A DNA stretch of 32,000 nucleotides, taken from a cyanobacterium endosymbiont of Epithemia turgida isolate EtSB Lake Yunoko (GTDB lineage: Bacteria > Cyanobacteriota > Cyanobacteriia > Cyanobacteriales > Microcystaceae). The stretch is from the NCBI RefSeq assembly GCF_000829235.1, contig NZ_AP012549.1, positions 210,001 through 242,000 on the forward strand. Reading direction: 5' to 3'. A program made the position numbers and the translations under genes. The notes below the pieces were generated by a model. That model made no database searches. It was not told where the DNA came from and saw nothing but the letters and a program-made list of their open reading frames with translations. Below, in pieces: positions 11,056 through 20,959 of the stretch; position 1 is the stretch's first letter; every line of letters starts with the position of its first letter.

Positions 11056-11132
11056 TTAAACTACAAGAGTCTCTAAATCAAAAATTTATAATATTTATGT
11101 AAATTTTTGATTTAGAGACTCTTGTAGTTTAA
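11056..11132. repeat. perfect 32-bp inverted repeat with a 13-nt loop
   Basis: TTAAACTACAAGAGTCTCTAAATCAAAAATTT (11056-11087) is the exact reverse complement of 11101-11132. Confidence 0.95.
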
Positions 11133-12503
11133 CTATAATAAAACAACGACAGGAAACCCCTGGAAGTATTAAATTTTTAAGTTCCTAAACAGAGTAAAAA
11201 AAATAGAGTACTTACTTAAGACAGTTTTGGCTATTAGTAAAAATGATTATAATTTTAATAAAAATTTTGTTATCTTAATGGAAGATCAGTAATTTTTTAT
11301 TGAAACAGGACGAATAAATATCAATAAAACTACTGTCCATTTGTCCATCAATAACTTTATATAAAATTTTGTCACTACAGTTTTGAATAGTATCAATTTT
11401 AGAGTTTATGTTGAGATGATTTCAGATTAAAGTATAGACAATATTTTTATAATTTAAGAGGCTATAAATGTGATTTTATAGTGTGCTGTTATCAGCTTTT
11501 AATTTTAAATATTAGTATAAAATATAAAAATTTTAATAGGTTACAAATAGTAGGAGTCTGGAGCAATCATTTTAACCATGAGGACAGTAAATTTTCTAGG
11601 TAATATTTAGATATATTCTGGACAATATAAGCCCAGTAATCAGATATTCTTTTTGAGAAGAACCTGAGAAAAAACTAAAAGAAAATACACAAAAACCAAA
11701 TTTTTATTTTGTATATATAGACCCAGTTAATTTATTTATAGTCAATCAAATATTTTTTAATACAAACATTATATAAATGTATCTTATTGACAATAATTTT
11801 CTGCTATCTGAAGTCAAAATTCAGTTAGCTTTAATGGGAATAATAATACTTCTAATAATTTTTTATATTTTTATTAACCCTGTATCTTACAGAGTAAAAT
11901 AAGCAAATAATAACTTTATAATAAATATATTCGAATATCTTGAGACAAGAGTGGCACTTTTTTATAAATTTATAATATTCCCTAAATAAAGATAATTAAT
12001 AGTAATTATATCCATTGTTTTACGATTTAGTTTTCGAGGTTTTTATTGACTGACTCCATTACTTTTAGCTACATTATCAATGTCACTATTGATAACATAC
12101 TTAACAATCTTTGTCTTAAATATTTAAGTATACTTTATTTTTTAAAAAATTGGATTGACTCTTATATGAATTTGTTTCTAAAATAATTAGATTGCACCTT
12201 ATAAAGATTAATTTTAAATAAATGTATATTTATTTTTATGTTCAAGAAAAATTTTTAATTCTTAATTTATTATTTTTATATAGTTTAACGTTGAATACCT
12301 CAATGTTATCTGAATCTATTGTGTTATCATTAAGATATTCTTCGTAAAACTCTTTTATTAGTTGCGCAGTGTCTATATCTAAGAAATTAAGTAATATAGG
12401 AGGCTTGAATATGGAGTAACTATATATAAGAGTTATTACTTCCATGACAATTTTTATTGCTAACAACTTACTATCATTAAATAATAAAAACATAAGTAAG
12501 CGA

Positions 12504-13388
12504 CTAAGAATAAATTAACCAAGCAAATTTGCCTACACCCAGTTTAAAGTAAAGAATTAGTACAATAATCAATAAAATAATTAATAAAATAATTGTTATA
12601 TAGTCCGCCTTAGTAAGTAATGATTTATGTAAATAAGTACGATTAGAACTACCAGAAAATGCTTTAGACTGCATAATAATTGATAGTTTTCGAGACTTAA
12701 CCATCGCATTTATAATTAGGGTGACTGCAACGCTTGAATATATTTTTGACCTAGAGATTAATCCCATTTTTTCTATAGCTAATCCTCGTAATTTTTGGGC
12801 TTCAATAATAGTCTCAATTTCTCCTAAGAAAAGGGGTAAAAAACGCAATGTAGAGGAAAAAATAAAAATAATTTTATAAGGTATTTTTAATCGTGCCATA
12901 CTTACTACCATTTGATTGATATCAGTAGTAAAAATAGCTAAGGGGATAACTAAAATCATAGTTAAGGTTTTAACGATAATATTTAGAGCATAGATAATTC
13001 CTTCTTGATTGATAGAAGCTCCTCCAATCCACCAATAAGTTTGAGGGATACTGAAAATAGGGGTCAAAGTATTTCTATTAATTAAAGTTTTAACCTGATC
13101 AACATTAAAAAATCCCATAGTTATTAATAGAAATACATAAAAAGGAAGCATTACTTTTAGAACTAATCTAAGATACTCTAATCTAATCCCAGCTAACAAA
13201 CAAGCAGAACCGACAGATAAAGCAAGAATTCCTCCAGTAATAGGACTATCCCAGATAAAAGCAATTAGAGTAATTATCACAATCATCACTAGTTTAGTCC
13301 GAAAATCTAAACGCTTGAAAAGGTTATCGTGTTTAATATATTCAAGTTTAAGCATAGGATTATCGTTAGTCATTGATAATGAGTTCAA
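12504..13388 (-). CDS. ECF transporter transmembrane T component (CbiQ/EcfT family)
   Basis: Polytopic membrane protein directly following the double ATPase. Carries the coupling-helix type motif EAQKLRG plus a second SR-containing helix (MVKSRKL). Alternative starts lie at 13373 or 13355, and the overlap with the ATPase stop suggests translational coupling. Confidence 0.8.
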   Translation of the reverse strand: MNSLSMTNDNPMLKLEYIKHDNLFKRLDFRTKLVMIVIITLIAFIWDSPITGGILALSVGSACLLAGIRLEYLRLVLKVMLPFYVFLLITMGFFNVDQVKTLINRNTLTPIFSIPQTYWWIGGASINQEGIIYALNIIVKTLTMILVIPLAIFTTDINQMVVSMARLKIPYKIIFIFSSTLRFLPLFLGEIETIIEAQKLRGLAIEKMGLISRSKIYSSVAVTLIINAMVKSRKLSIIMQSKAFSGSSNRTYLHKSLLTKADYITIILLIILLIIVLILYFKLGVGKFAWLIYS

Positions 13389-15099
13389 AACAATTACTTA
13401 ATTCAATAGGAGTTAATACACGATAATTGTGTCCCAAAAATTGACTCAGATTTTTTCCCAAAAAAACCACTTGAGGAGGAGTAAGATAAGTAGACTTTAA
13501 TAAGTCGATTTCATAATAAGCTTCACGAATAGGAGCATCAAGTAAAATGGTTCCTTGACCCATTATAATTATGCGTTGAGCGTAGCCTGGCATTAGATAT
13601 AAATGATGGGTAATAACAATGACAGTTTTTCCCATTTTATGTAGTTGACTACTCATTTCTAAAATAGCAAGAGAACCATGGTAATCTTGACCAGTTGTGG
13701 GTTCATCAAGAATGATTATATCAGGTTCCATAGCCAAAATAGCAGCAATTACGATTCGAGCGCGATCACCCTTTGGTAGGGACAAAGGATGATCGTGACG
13801 ATGTTTTAATAACCCCATTATTTCTAAGCTTTTATTAACCTCTTCATCGATTTTATTGAAAGGATAATTTAGCTTTTCTAAAGCAAATGAGACTTCTTTT
13901 TCCACTGTCATATTAAAGATTTGAGTGTCTGGATTTTGCCCTACATAGCCAATAAAACAAGACAATTCACTCACAGAAAAAGTTTTGATATCTCGCTGAC
14001 GAATTTTAACAATTCCTTTGGAAGGAGATAACAAATTTAAAAAATGTTTAACTAAAGTACTTTTTCCCGCTCCATTTTGACCCGCAATTAATACATATTC
14101 TCCTTGATAAATATCTAGCGAAACTTGGTTTAAAGCTTTTGTTCCATCCTTGTAAATATAAGTTAAATTATCAGTTGACAGAACTAATTTTTTTTTATCT
14201 TGATCATAAGTCTTAGACAAAGTGAATGATGGAGCAATAGATACATTATTTTGTATCCCTTTGAGAGCGGAGAGTCCTTGATTAAGTGTGATAGGAATTC
14301 TAGGAAATTTAATTCCTTTTCGACTAATATGGTAGAAAGTTTGAGCAACTTCGGGGGGACGTAAATTTTGAGCTTGGAGGAGTTCAATTTCTGAGTAGAT
14401 TTTATCAGGAGAACCGATGGTTAACAATTTTCCCTCTGATAATATGGCAATACGATCACTAAACTCGGCCATCTCTTCCGCAGCATGAGACACCATGACA
14501 ATGGTGATTCCTAATTCCTCGTTTAATTCCTTGACAGTAGCAAACACTTCTTGGGAACCAATGGGATCTAATTGAGAGGTAGGTTCATCAAGGATCAATA
14601 ACCTAGGTTGTAAGGCCAAAGCTGCGGCAATTGCTAACCTCTGTTTTTGCCCTCCCGACAATTCTTGAGGATGTTTCTTTTGGGTTCCTTCAAGTCGAAC
14701 CGCTGCTAACACCCGGGGAATGCGAGTAAGAATTTCGTCAGGTTCCACAAGGAGATTTTCTAAGGCAAAAGCAATTTCATTTTCTACCGAAGTCGAAAGT
14801 AGTTGAGTTTCAGGATCTTCAAAAACTGCTCCTACATACTGCGCTAAGGTACTGACTGTGTGTTCTATCGTATCAAGTCCCCCGACAGTGACGTAACCAA
14901 AAAAACGACCACCATAAAATTGGGGAACAATCCCATTAAGGGTTAAAGAAAGAGTAGTTTTTCCAGCACCAGTTGAACCAATAATGCCAAGAAATTCTCC
15001 TTGAGCAATGTCTAATGAAATATTTTCGAGTACGGGTTTGGAGGAATTGGGATAAAGATAAGAAACATTTTTTAAACTAGCAATCACATCCATAATCAT
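13366..15099 (-). CDS. fused double ATPase of an ECF/ABC importer (two nucleotide-binding domains)
   Basis: NBD1 has GSTGAGKTT, LSGGQKQR and LILDEPTSQLD. NBD2 has GQNGAGKST, a degenerate signature LSLPKGDRAR, and IILDEPTTGQD followed by VITHH. Confidence 0.9.
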   Translation of the reverse strand: MIMDVIASLKNVSYLYPNSSKPVLENISLDIAQGEFLGIIGSTGAGKTTLSLTLNGIVPQFYGGRFFGYVTVGGLDTIEHTVSTLAQYVGAVFEDPETQLLSTSVENEIAFALENLLVEPDEILTRIPRVLAAVRLEGTQKKHPQELSGGQKQRLAIAAALALQPRLLILDEPTSQLDPIGSQEVFATVKELNEELGITIVMVSHAAEEMAEFSDRIAILSEGKLLTIGSPDKIYSEIELLQAQNLRPPEVAQTFYHISRKGIKFPRIPITLNQGLSALKGIQNNVSIAPSFTLSKTYDQDKKKLVLSTDNLTYIYKDGTKALNQVSLDIYQGEYVLIAGQNGAGKSTLVKHFLNLLSPSKGIVKIRQRDIKTFSVSELSCFIGYVGQNPDTQIFNMTVEKEVSFALEKLNYPFNKIDEEVNKSLEIMGLLKHRHDHPLSLPKGDRARIVIAAILAMEPDIIILDEPTTGQDYHGSLAILEMSSQLHKMGKTVIVITHHLYLMPGYAQRIIIMGQGTILLDAPIREAYYEIDLLKSTYLTPPQVVFLGKNLSQFLGHNYRVLTPIELSNCFELIIND

Positions 15100-15155
15100 T
15101 TCTATGAAACGAACAAACCAAGGAAAATATATTAATTTCTACTTTTTACCTGCAA

Positions 15156-15941
15156 TTAATAAATAGCTTGTTTGGGTTTCATTAAACCAATAGCTCGTAA
15201 ACCAGAAATAACTCTAATACCGATAAATGCTCCCATTAAAGAACGGATTAAGTTTTCTAACGGTACAATAGGAACTAAAAATAACCAGGTTTCTTCTGGC
15301 CAGTTAAACATATAGTAGGTAATAACCACTTGACCTAGGTGAGATAGTCCCATGACCATCCAAGTCCCTACAAATACCCCAACAGTTACGAAGAAGGGTT
15401 TCTGACTATTAATACATTGTGCAATCAAAGAACAGGTGGGCAAGGCAAATAATAAAATTCCTGACCAGTCAATAAAAGAACCGGCAATAATTGTTGAAAG
15501 AGAAACCCTATTGTAAAGAGCATGGCGAGTATATAAAAATAACTCAATTACAAAAATAAGGGTTAACCCAAAACGCCAACAAGTATTTCTCTTCCCTGAA
15601 GACATTACACCGGCCGTAAAACTAGCTATTACTGCTCCTAAAATAGAGATCAGAGGAATTCCTGCCGTATGAGGCGCGAGAAACACACCAATAAGAGTCC
15701 CCATTCCACTGGTTATTGCTCCAGCTAATGGACCTAGTAGCCACCCAACTAAAGGAAAAATTCCCTGACTCATAGGAAACAACCCCCCCGAACCAATAGT
15801 TATGGAAAAAGGAATAAATGCGAGAACTGTAACTACAGTGGACAAGACCACAATGTAATCTAGGGGAGTGCCATCGACTGAGACTTCTCCTGAAGTTTTA
15901 ACTTCTCTTTCTTCGCCTTTGAAAAGTTTTGGGGATAACAT
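15156..15941 (-). CDS. integral membrane protein, putative substrate-capture (S) component of the ECF importer
   Basis: First gene of an S / A-A / T arrangement. It is Gly/Pro-rich and multi-pass (…LVGWLLGPLAGAITSGMGTLIGVFLAP…). At 261 aa it is larger than typical S components, and no substrate family was recognised. Confidence 0.5.
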   Translation of the reverse strand: MLSPKLFKGEEREVKTSGEVSVDGTPLDYIVVLSTVVTVLAFIPFSITIGSGGLFPMSQGIFPLVGWLLGPLAGAITSGMGTLIGVFLAPHTAGIPLISILGAVIASFTAGVMSSGKRNTCWRFGLTLIFVIELFLYTRHALYNRVSLSTIIAGSFIDWSGILLFALPTCSLIAQCINSQKPFFVTVGVFVGTWMVMGLSHLGQVVITYYMFNWPEETWLFLVPIVPLENLIRSLMGAFIGIRVISGLRAIGLMKPKQAIY

Positions 15942-16093
15942 GACTGGTTAATGTTATAACTTTTTTATTCTAAGCTATTTTTGAGCAGTTCTAGCGCATT
16001 TATTAGTTGAGGAAAAAAAACACGCGATCAAACAGAAAAATAATATATATGTTTAAAAAACAGTCCAAATATAGCATTACAGGGATAATAGTT

Positions 16094-16118
16094 AATTAAC
16101 TATCAATTAACTATCAAT
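16094..16118. repeat. 2.3 x 11-nt tandem repeat (AATTAACTATC)
   Basis: Read directly from the sequence. It lies about 150-180 nt upstream of the ECF operon start. Confidence 0.8.
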
Positions 16119-17933
16119 CTTTCTAGATTACCTGAATAATCTGTTACAAATATGGGCTTTAAGTACTCAATCGATTGCATGTATTGTGGTTATAATTATA
16201 ATATTGATAACTTCTGATAATGATAAATAAAACTTTTTTAAAAATGAGGGTGAATAGAAGATTAAGATAGGATTATATCAAGCTACAGATGATGATAGCA
16301 TTAATTGCTTTAAGTTTCATATTAAGACAATAATTTACTTTGCGTATGATCCTTACTATATTTTTATTCTTTAAAGTCAAGACTAACCCGACTAACGCAT
16401 TAAAATTTTAACTAGAGAACTTTAAATAATTGATTCAGATGAAGTGTAGTCAATAATTATCATGAATAAACAACTAGTTACTAGTAAAAATTTAATCTTG
16501 ATTTAAAGTCGTATCAAATATTATCTTCAAGAAAAAACTAAACCTAATAATAAAGTATAAAATAAATTTATTAATTGAGAAATTAAATACTTCTTTAAAG
16601 TTAAGCATATTAGACTTAATTTATTCGCCCTTGGTAAATTATCTTGAACATCTCACCATTTATGATTTAGTAACATACAGATAGATTTATTTTTAAGTTT
16701 ATCATTTATTCATAAGTTAGGACTTTTTTGAATAAATTACGTCAACAATCTTGATAATTAGTTAATTTTTGAATTTTTTCTTCAATGTTTTTTTAGTTAA
16801 TATTTATTTAAGATTTGATTCTGTATTTGTATCAGACTAAACAGGTAGGTTTTCTTAAGAAAAATAAGATTGCTCCTATAAGCGAAATATATTCACTGAT
16901 CATTCTGAATCTCTAAAGCTAAAAATTTTAAATAACTGTTTCATAACCTCAGAAACTACAACTTTTTCCCCTGAATTTAGATACTTATTAATTATCGAAA
17001 TTAGCGCTCACCAATACTACTTTCTCTTCATAGAAGAAAAAAAGTTTCTAACTAAATATTAAACTATGTTGTTATACCATTATTTTTTACAGCAATAGGG
17101 ATAGTCAACGAAGTTGAAAAATATATAGGAGGACTTTACTAAACTGTATTGAAAGTCATTATTTTTAACACTTTTTTTAAGGAATAGCTCAAAAATTTAT
17201 CTATATCTTTTTTGAAGAAGTTAGAAATAGCCTAACCACTCAATATTTGAAGACAACTATTCATGAATAACTTTTATTACTCAATTGTTGCACCACCAAG
17301 AAGCTTACTCTTACCTTCTAGCATGCCCTTAATTATGATTAACTCCAGAAGTAAAATTTAGTTTAAGACGCCTGATACATACATAACATTACGTTGATGC
17401 AATTCTATTTGCTAACCCTAAGAAGGTGTTAAGTTGTTTATTGATGTAAACGATGTTAATATTCTTTGTTATTATTATAACTATATAGTTAAAATGAGAT
17501 TTCCTTTAAATCTTGATTGTTTAAAATCTCATAATTCTTAAAAAGAATAGAGTTATTTGACCTAAGCAAACGAGGCTATTAAGCTTTTTAAAATTACATT
17601 AAAAATCTTTATAAACCGAAATAAACTTATATTTATTTATACTGAATTTAAAGATAAAATAGAGTCAATAAGTAATTTTTTATATATTAAGTCAAATAAA
17701 TGATATAAAAAATAACAAAGATTGTTTGTACTAAAAGTAATTTATAAAAATTATATGGATTAAATTAAATTAATAAAAATTATATTCAATCTTTATCATT
17801 AGTCCCCTAAAACAGGTTATTTGAAATTAAACAAGGGAAATAAAAAATACAATTTTTAGTTTTCCTTGTTTAATGCATGTGTATTTAGAAAATTACTATG
17901 TTATAGTTAAAATATTCAAATCTAGAGAGTTGA

Positions 17934-18302
17934 TTTTCTTATGTGGGCATTAATGATATAGATGGCAAGACATTGTCACTTTGGAGCAAACAATATGTTT
18001 ACCAACAATGAGTTATATAATAATAGTAATAAAATCTGTTTCTATTTTAGAGCTAATACCAGATAAATAAAAAATATGCAAAAAGTTACATTTTATTTTA
18101 GCAGTTTATATTTTTGATTAATTTTAAAACTTCTAATCTTATAGCCAAAAATAATAATGATATATCTGATATAGATTAATGTTATTTTCCAGAAAAAGAT
18201 AAAAATTTTTGTCACATACCAAACAATGATATTATCAGTATTCATAATACTTTATATCGTTTAATCCAATTTAACGGCTCAAAAAGGTTACTCTCAATAT
18301 AA
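17934..18302 (+). pseudogene. fossil glutathione peroxidase (GPx family)
   Basis: Five collinear blocks fall in three different frames at family-typical spacing. FSYVGINDIDGKTLSLWSKQY (17934-17996) resembles DF.V.DIDGK.VSL..YKGK. NNSNKIC (18019-18039) resembles NVAS.CG. CKKLHFILAVYIFD*F (18077-18124) resembles Y..QGF.ILAFPCNQF. YFPEKDK (18183-18203) resembles EFPIFDK. LIQFNGSKRLL (18261-18293) resembles IKWNF.KFLI. Confidence 0.6.
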
Positions 18303-18990
18303 TGAATAGAGATTTGATATAAAAATATGGTTAGTCTATCTTGTTCTTAATTATAAAAGCCTTTAACCGAAGTGCTGGTTTGGACAGTTATTTTTATTTC
18401 TTATTATTAGAATAAAATTGATCGGTAAGTTATCAAGTAATATATAATGATTTATGACAATAAATTTATCAATAAATTAGACTTTAAGGCACTAACAATA
18501 AGTATCGTAAAAATAATAAATTTAAATTTTTAAAATAAACAATATTAAGATAGGCTAACTTAGCTATAAAAATTATTTTTATGGCTAAATTTTTTCTAGC
18601 TTTGTTTTATTTGAGTTTAATTATAATTTTTGATTTATGAGAAAGAGAAAATAATTTTTAAGACCTTGACTCTTTTGAGATTATCTGATATTAAGTTAAC
18701 AAACCATGACTTTTAAAACTCTCATTATAAATGTTTTCTATTGACTCTGTATTGAGGTAATTTAGACGAAGAATAGCCTTAGTAGAATATTCAATTCATT
18801 TTTCTATCACTCCCGAGGGAATTAGTAATATAGATAGAGAAAATATTAAAAGCCAAACATTAGTACTACTTCTGTTGAGTATTTATCTTTTAATCTTAGA
18901 GATATATTAAGATAAAATTGATTGCAATCTCGTTAATTTGGAACAAAACAAAAGAAACTACGTCAGCTTCTATGAGAGGAGAATAGCTTC

Positions 18991-20040
18991 ATGACCACTT
19001 TGTTGCATGATTGTTGGTATGTCGCTTTGCCTGGTAGACAATTAAAACCAGGTGAAATGATTCATAAGAAAATGCTTGGCAAACCCGTTTTAGTTGGACG
19101 ACGCAAAGATGGGGAAGTCTTTGCTATGCGTAACATTTGCCCTCATCGAGGAATCCCTTTACAATATGGATGGATGGATGGGGACAATGTATGTTGTCGT
19201 TATCATGGTTGGAAGTTTAACACTCATAATGGGAGTTGTAAAGAAATTCCTTCTTTAACTGAATATGATGATTTAGATATTAGTCGTATTCAGGTTCCTA
19301 CCTATCCTTGCCGAGAAGTTCAGGGAAATATCTGGGTCTATTTTGCGAGGAATACTGACAAAGGAACTGATATTGCTACTATTCCCCCAGTGCCTACCAT
19401 CCCAGATTTTGGTAAGATCGAACCTGGAATTTCCGAAGTCATCCATTTTACCTGTAACATTGACCACGCTATTATTGGATTGATGGATCCAGCCCATGGT
19501 CCGCACATTCATAGTTCTTGGTGGTGGCGTAGTGGTCCACAAAAATTTCGAGTCAAAGAAAAGCAATATGAACCTGTCACTCAAGGATTTCGTCTTGTTC
19601 CCTATGATATGCCGGTGAGTGCACGCCCTTACAAGCTCTTAGGGGATAAAGTTTCCATTGAAATTATCTTTGAATTACCTAGTGTACGAACAGAAATTTT
19701 AAGAGGTGATCGCTATTCTGCTTGTTTATTAACCACTATTACTCCTATTGATGAAAACGAATGTGAGGTTTTTCAGAGCATTTATTGGACTATTCCTTGG
19801 ATAGGAGTCTTTAAACCTTTATTAAAGTTACTAACTCGCCAATTTTTAGCACAAGACCGTGATGCGATAATTCAACAACAAGAAGGGTTGAGCCACAATC
19901 CTGCATTAATGTTAATTGATGATGCAGATACTCAAGCAAAATGGTATTTTCGCCTAAAACAAGAATATCAAAAATCTAAAGCAGAAAATCGACTTTTTAA
20001 GAATCCAGTAGAGCCGAGAATATTACGTTGGCGCAGTTAG
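18991..20040 (+). CDS. Rieske [2Fe-2S] non-heme iron oxygenase, PaO/Tic55/LLS1-like family
   Basis: Rieske motif CPHRG-x15-CCRYHGWKF. Mononuclear iron motif NIDHAIIGLMDPAHGPHIH. An AGGAG Shine-Dalgarno lies about 12 nt upstream. Confidence 0.8.
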   Translation: MTTLLHDCWYVALPGRQLKPGEMIHKKMLGKPVLVGRRKDGEVFAMRNICPHRGIPLQYGWMDGDNVCCRYHGWKFNTHNGSCKEIPSLTEYDDLDISRIQVPTYPCREVQGNIWVYFARNTDKGTDIATIPPVPTIPDFGKIEPGISEVIHFTCNIDHAIIGLMDPAHGPHIHSSWWWRSGPQKFRVKEKQYEPVTQGFRLVPYDMPVSARPYKLLGDKVSIEIIFELPSVRTEILRGDRYSACLLTTITPIDENECEVFQSIYWTIPWIGVFKPLLKLLTRQFLAQDRDAIIQQQEGLSHNPALMLIDDADTQAKWYFRLKQEYQKSKAENRLFKNPVEPRILRWRS

Positions 20041-20106
20041 AAAAAATAAATGAGATTTTTGATGTGATCAAATGTACTGAGCATAATAAACCAGTCACTA
20101 ATAACT

Positions 20107-20173
20107 TTTAGAACTCTCATTAGAAAAACCTATAGCTCCAAGAACTATAGGCTTTTCTAATGAGAGTTCTAAA
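20107..20173 (+). terminator. long hairpin 67 nt downstream of the Rieske gene
   Basis: 29-nt arms (20107-20135 and 20145-20173) pair at 28 of 29 positions around a 9-nt loop. The sequence that follows is moderately T-rich. Confidence 0.5.
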
Positions 20174-20521
20174 TCTCTTATAATTTTGAGAGCCTTGCAA
20201 AGCTGAACTTTTAGGTTTTGTTCCAGTCGGTATAAAAGAACTATAAAAAATACATATATCTTGAAAGTTTCCTTTGAATTTAAATACCATTGAGAACTTT
20301 TCGGTTATGAGATGGACTTCATTTTATAAAATTACGACATAGACATAGTCTGTAGATCTATGGCAATCCCAGTATAGACTAGAGCAAACTTATTATCTCA
20401 AACCTAAGTAAGAAAACAATTTTACTTCTCAATTAACGATTTCTAACTCTTTCTTTATTTTTAAAATACTTCTAGACAGGATATATTTAGCGAATGACTT
20501 CATAATTTAAATGTAAAACTA

Positions 20522-20959
20522 CCGAAAAACTTACCTTCTATTTTACAGGAAGTTAAAGCAGCAATTACCTCCTATTGCTTTGAGTTCTCGGTATTTAAGT
20601 CTCTGTTTTATTTTATTGATGACATACACTACTATTTCTTATTAAAAACTCAGTAATATTCATTGTAGTAACAGTGAAAGTTAAAAGACTATTATTATAG
20701 TCTTAACTTAGGAAATTACTATGCAATCAATTCTCAGTCAAAGGTCTTCTTTTTTCAATCATTATGATAGTGAACAAGCGGTTCTATAATTTTATTAAGT
20801 AAAGTACAAATCCAATAACCGAGTCTATCTTATTCTGTTGACGATGAAGATAGTTGTTTAAAAATTTTGTGGCAGGTAATCACTAACAATGACAATAAAC
20901 TTCGTGACATAACTTTTGATATTAATGAAAATAAAACCGTTTTTAATTTTTGTTTATAA
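20522..20959 (+). pseudogene. fossil acyl-lipid desaturase (DesB/DesA, omega-3/Delta12 type)
   Basis: QEVKAAITSYCFEFSVFKSLFYFIDDI (20546-20626), preceded out of frame by LTFYF, matches the remembered N-terminal block LPFTLQE[LV][KR].AIP..CFE.SV.[KR]SL.YF..D[VI]. HYDSEQ then GS (20760-20785) sits where the first His box GHDCGHGS belongs. NNRVYLILLT resembles NNWIGHLSHT. LWQVITNNDN (20867-20896) sits where GWRISHRTHH belongs. There are many stops and at least 2 frameshifts. The 3' part, possibly reaching about 21500, is too decayed to call. Confidence 0.65.

Noticed and set aside
12242-12493. 83-aa ORF 10 nt downstream of the ECF T component
   Set aside because: Its Asn/Lys/Ile-rich composition is indistinguishable from spacer DNA, it has no Shine-Dalgarno and no recognisable motif. 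It may be the fossil of a fourth operon gene, but I cannot support calling it a CDS.
14184-14387. 67-aa minus-strand ORF from the track
   Set aside because: It is an alternative frame inside the well-supported double-ATPase gene.
15942-16300. Riboswitch upstream of the ECF operon (TPP, cobalamin, etc.)
   Set aside because: I could find no conserved riboswitch core sequence or convincing multi-stem structure. This needs an Infernal scan to settle.
19273-19584. 103-aa minus-strand ORF from the track
   Set aside because: It is antisense to the Rieske oxygenase gene and no motif was recognised.
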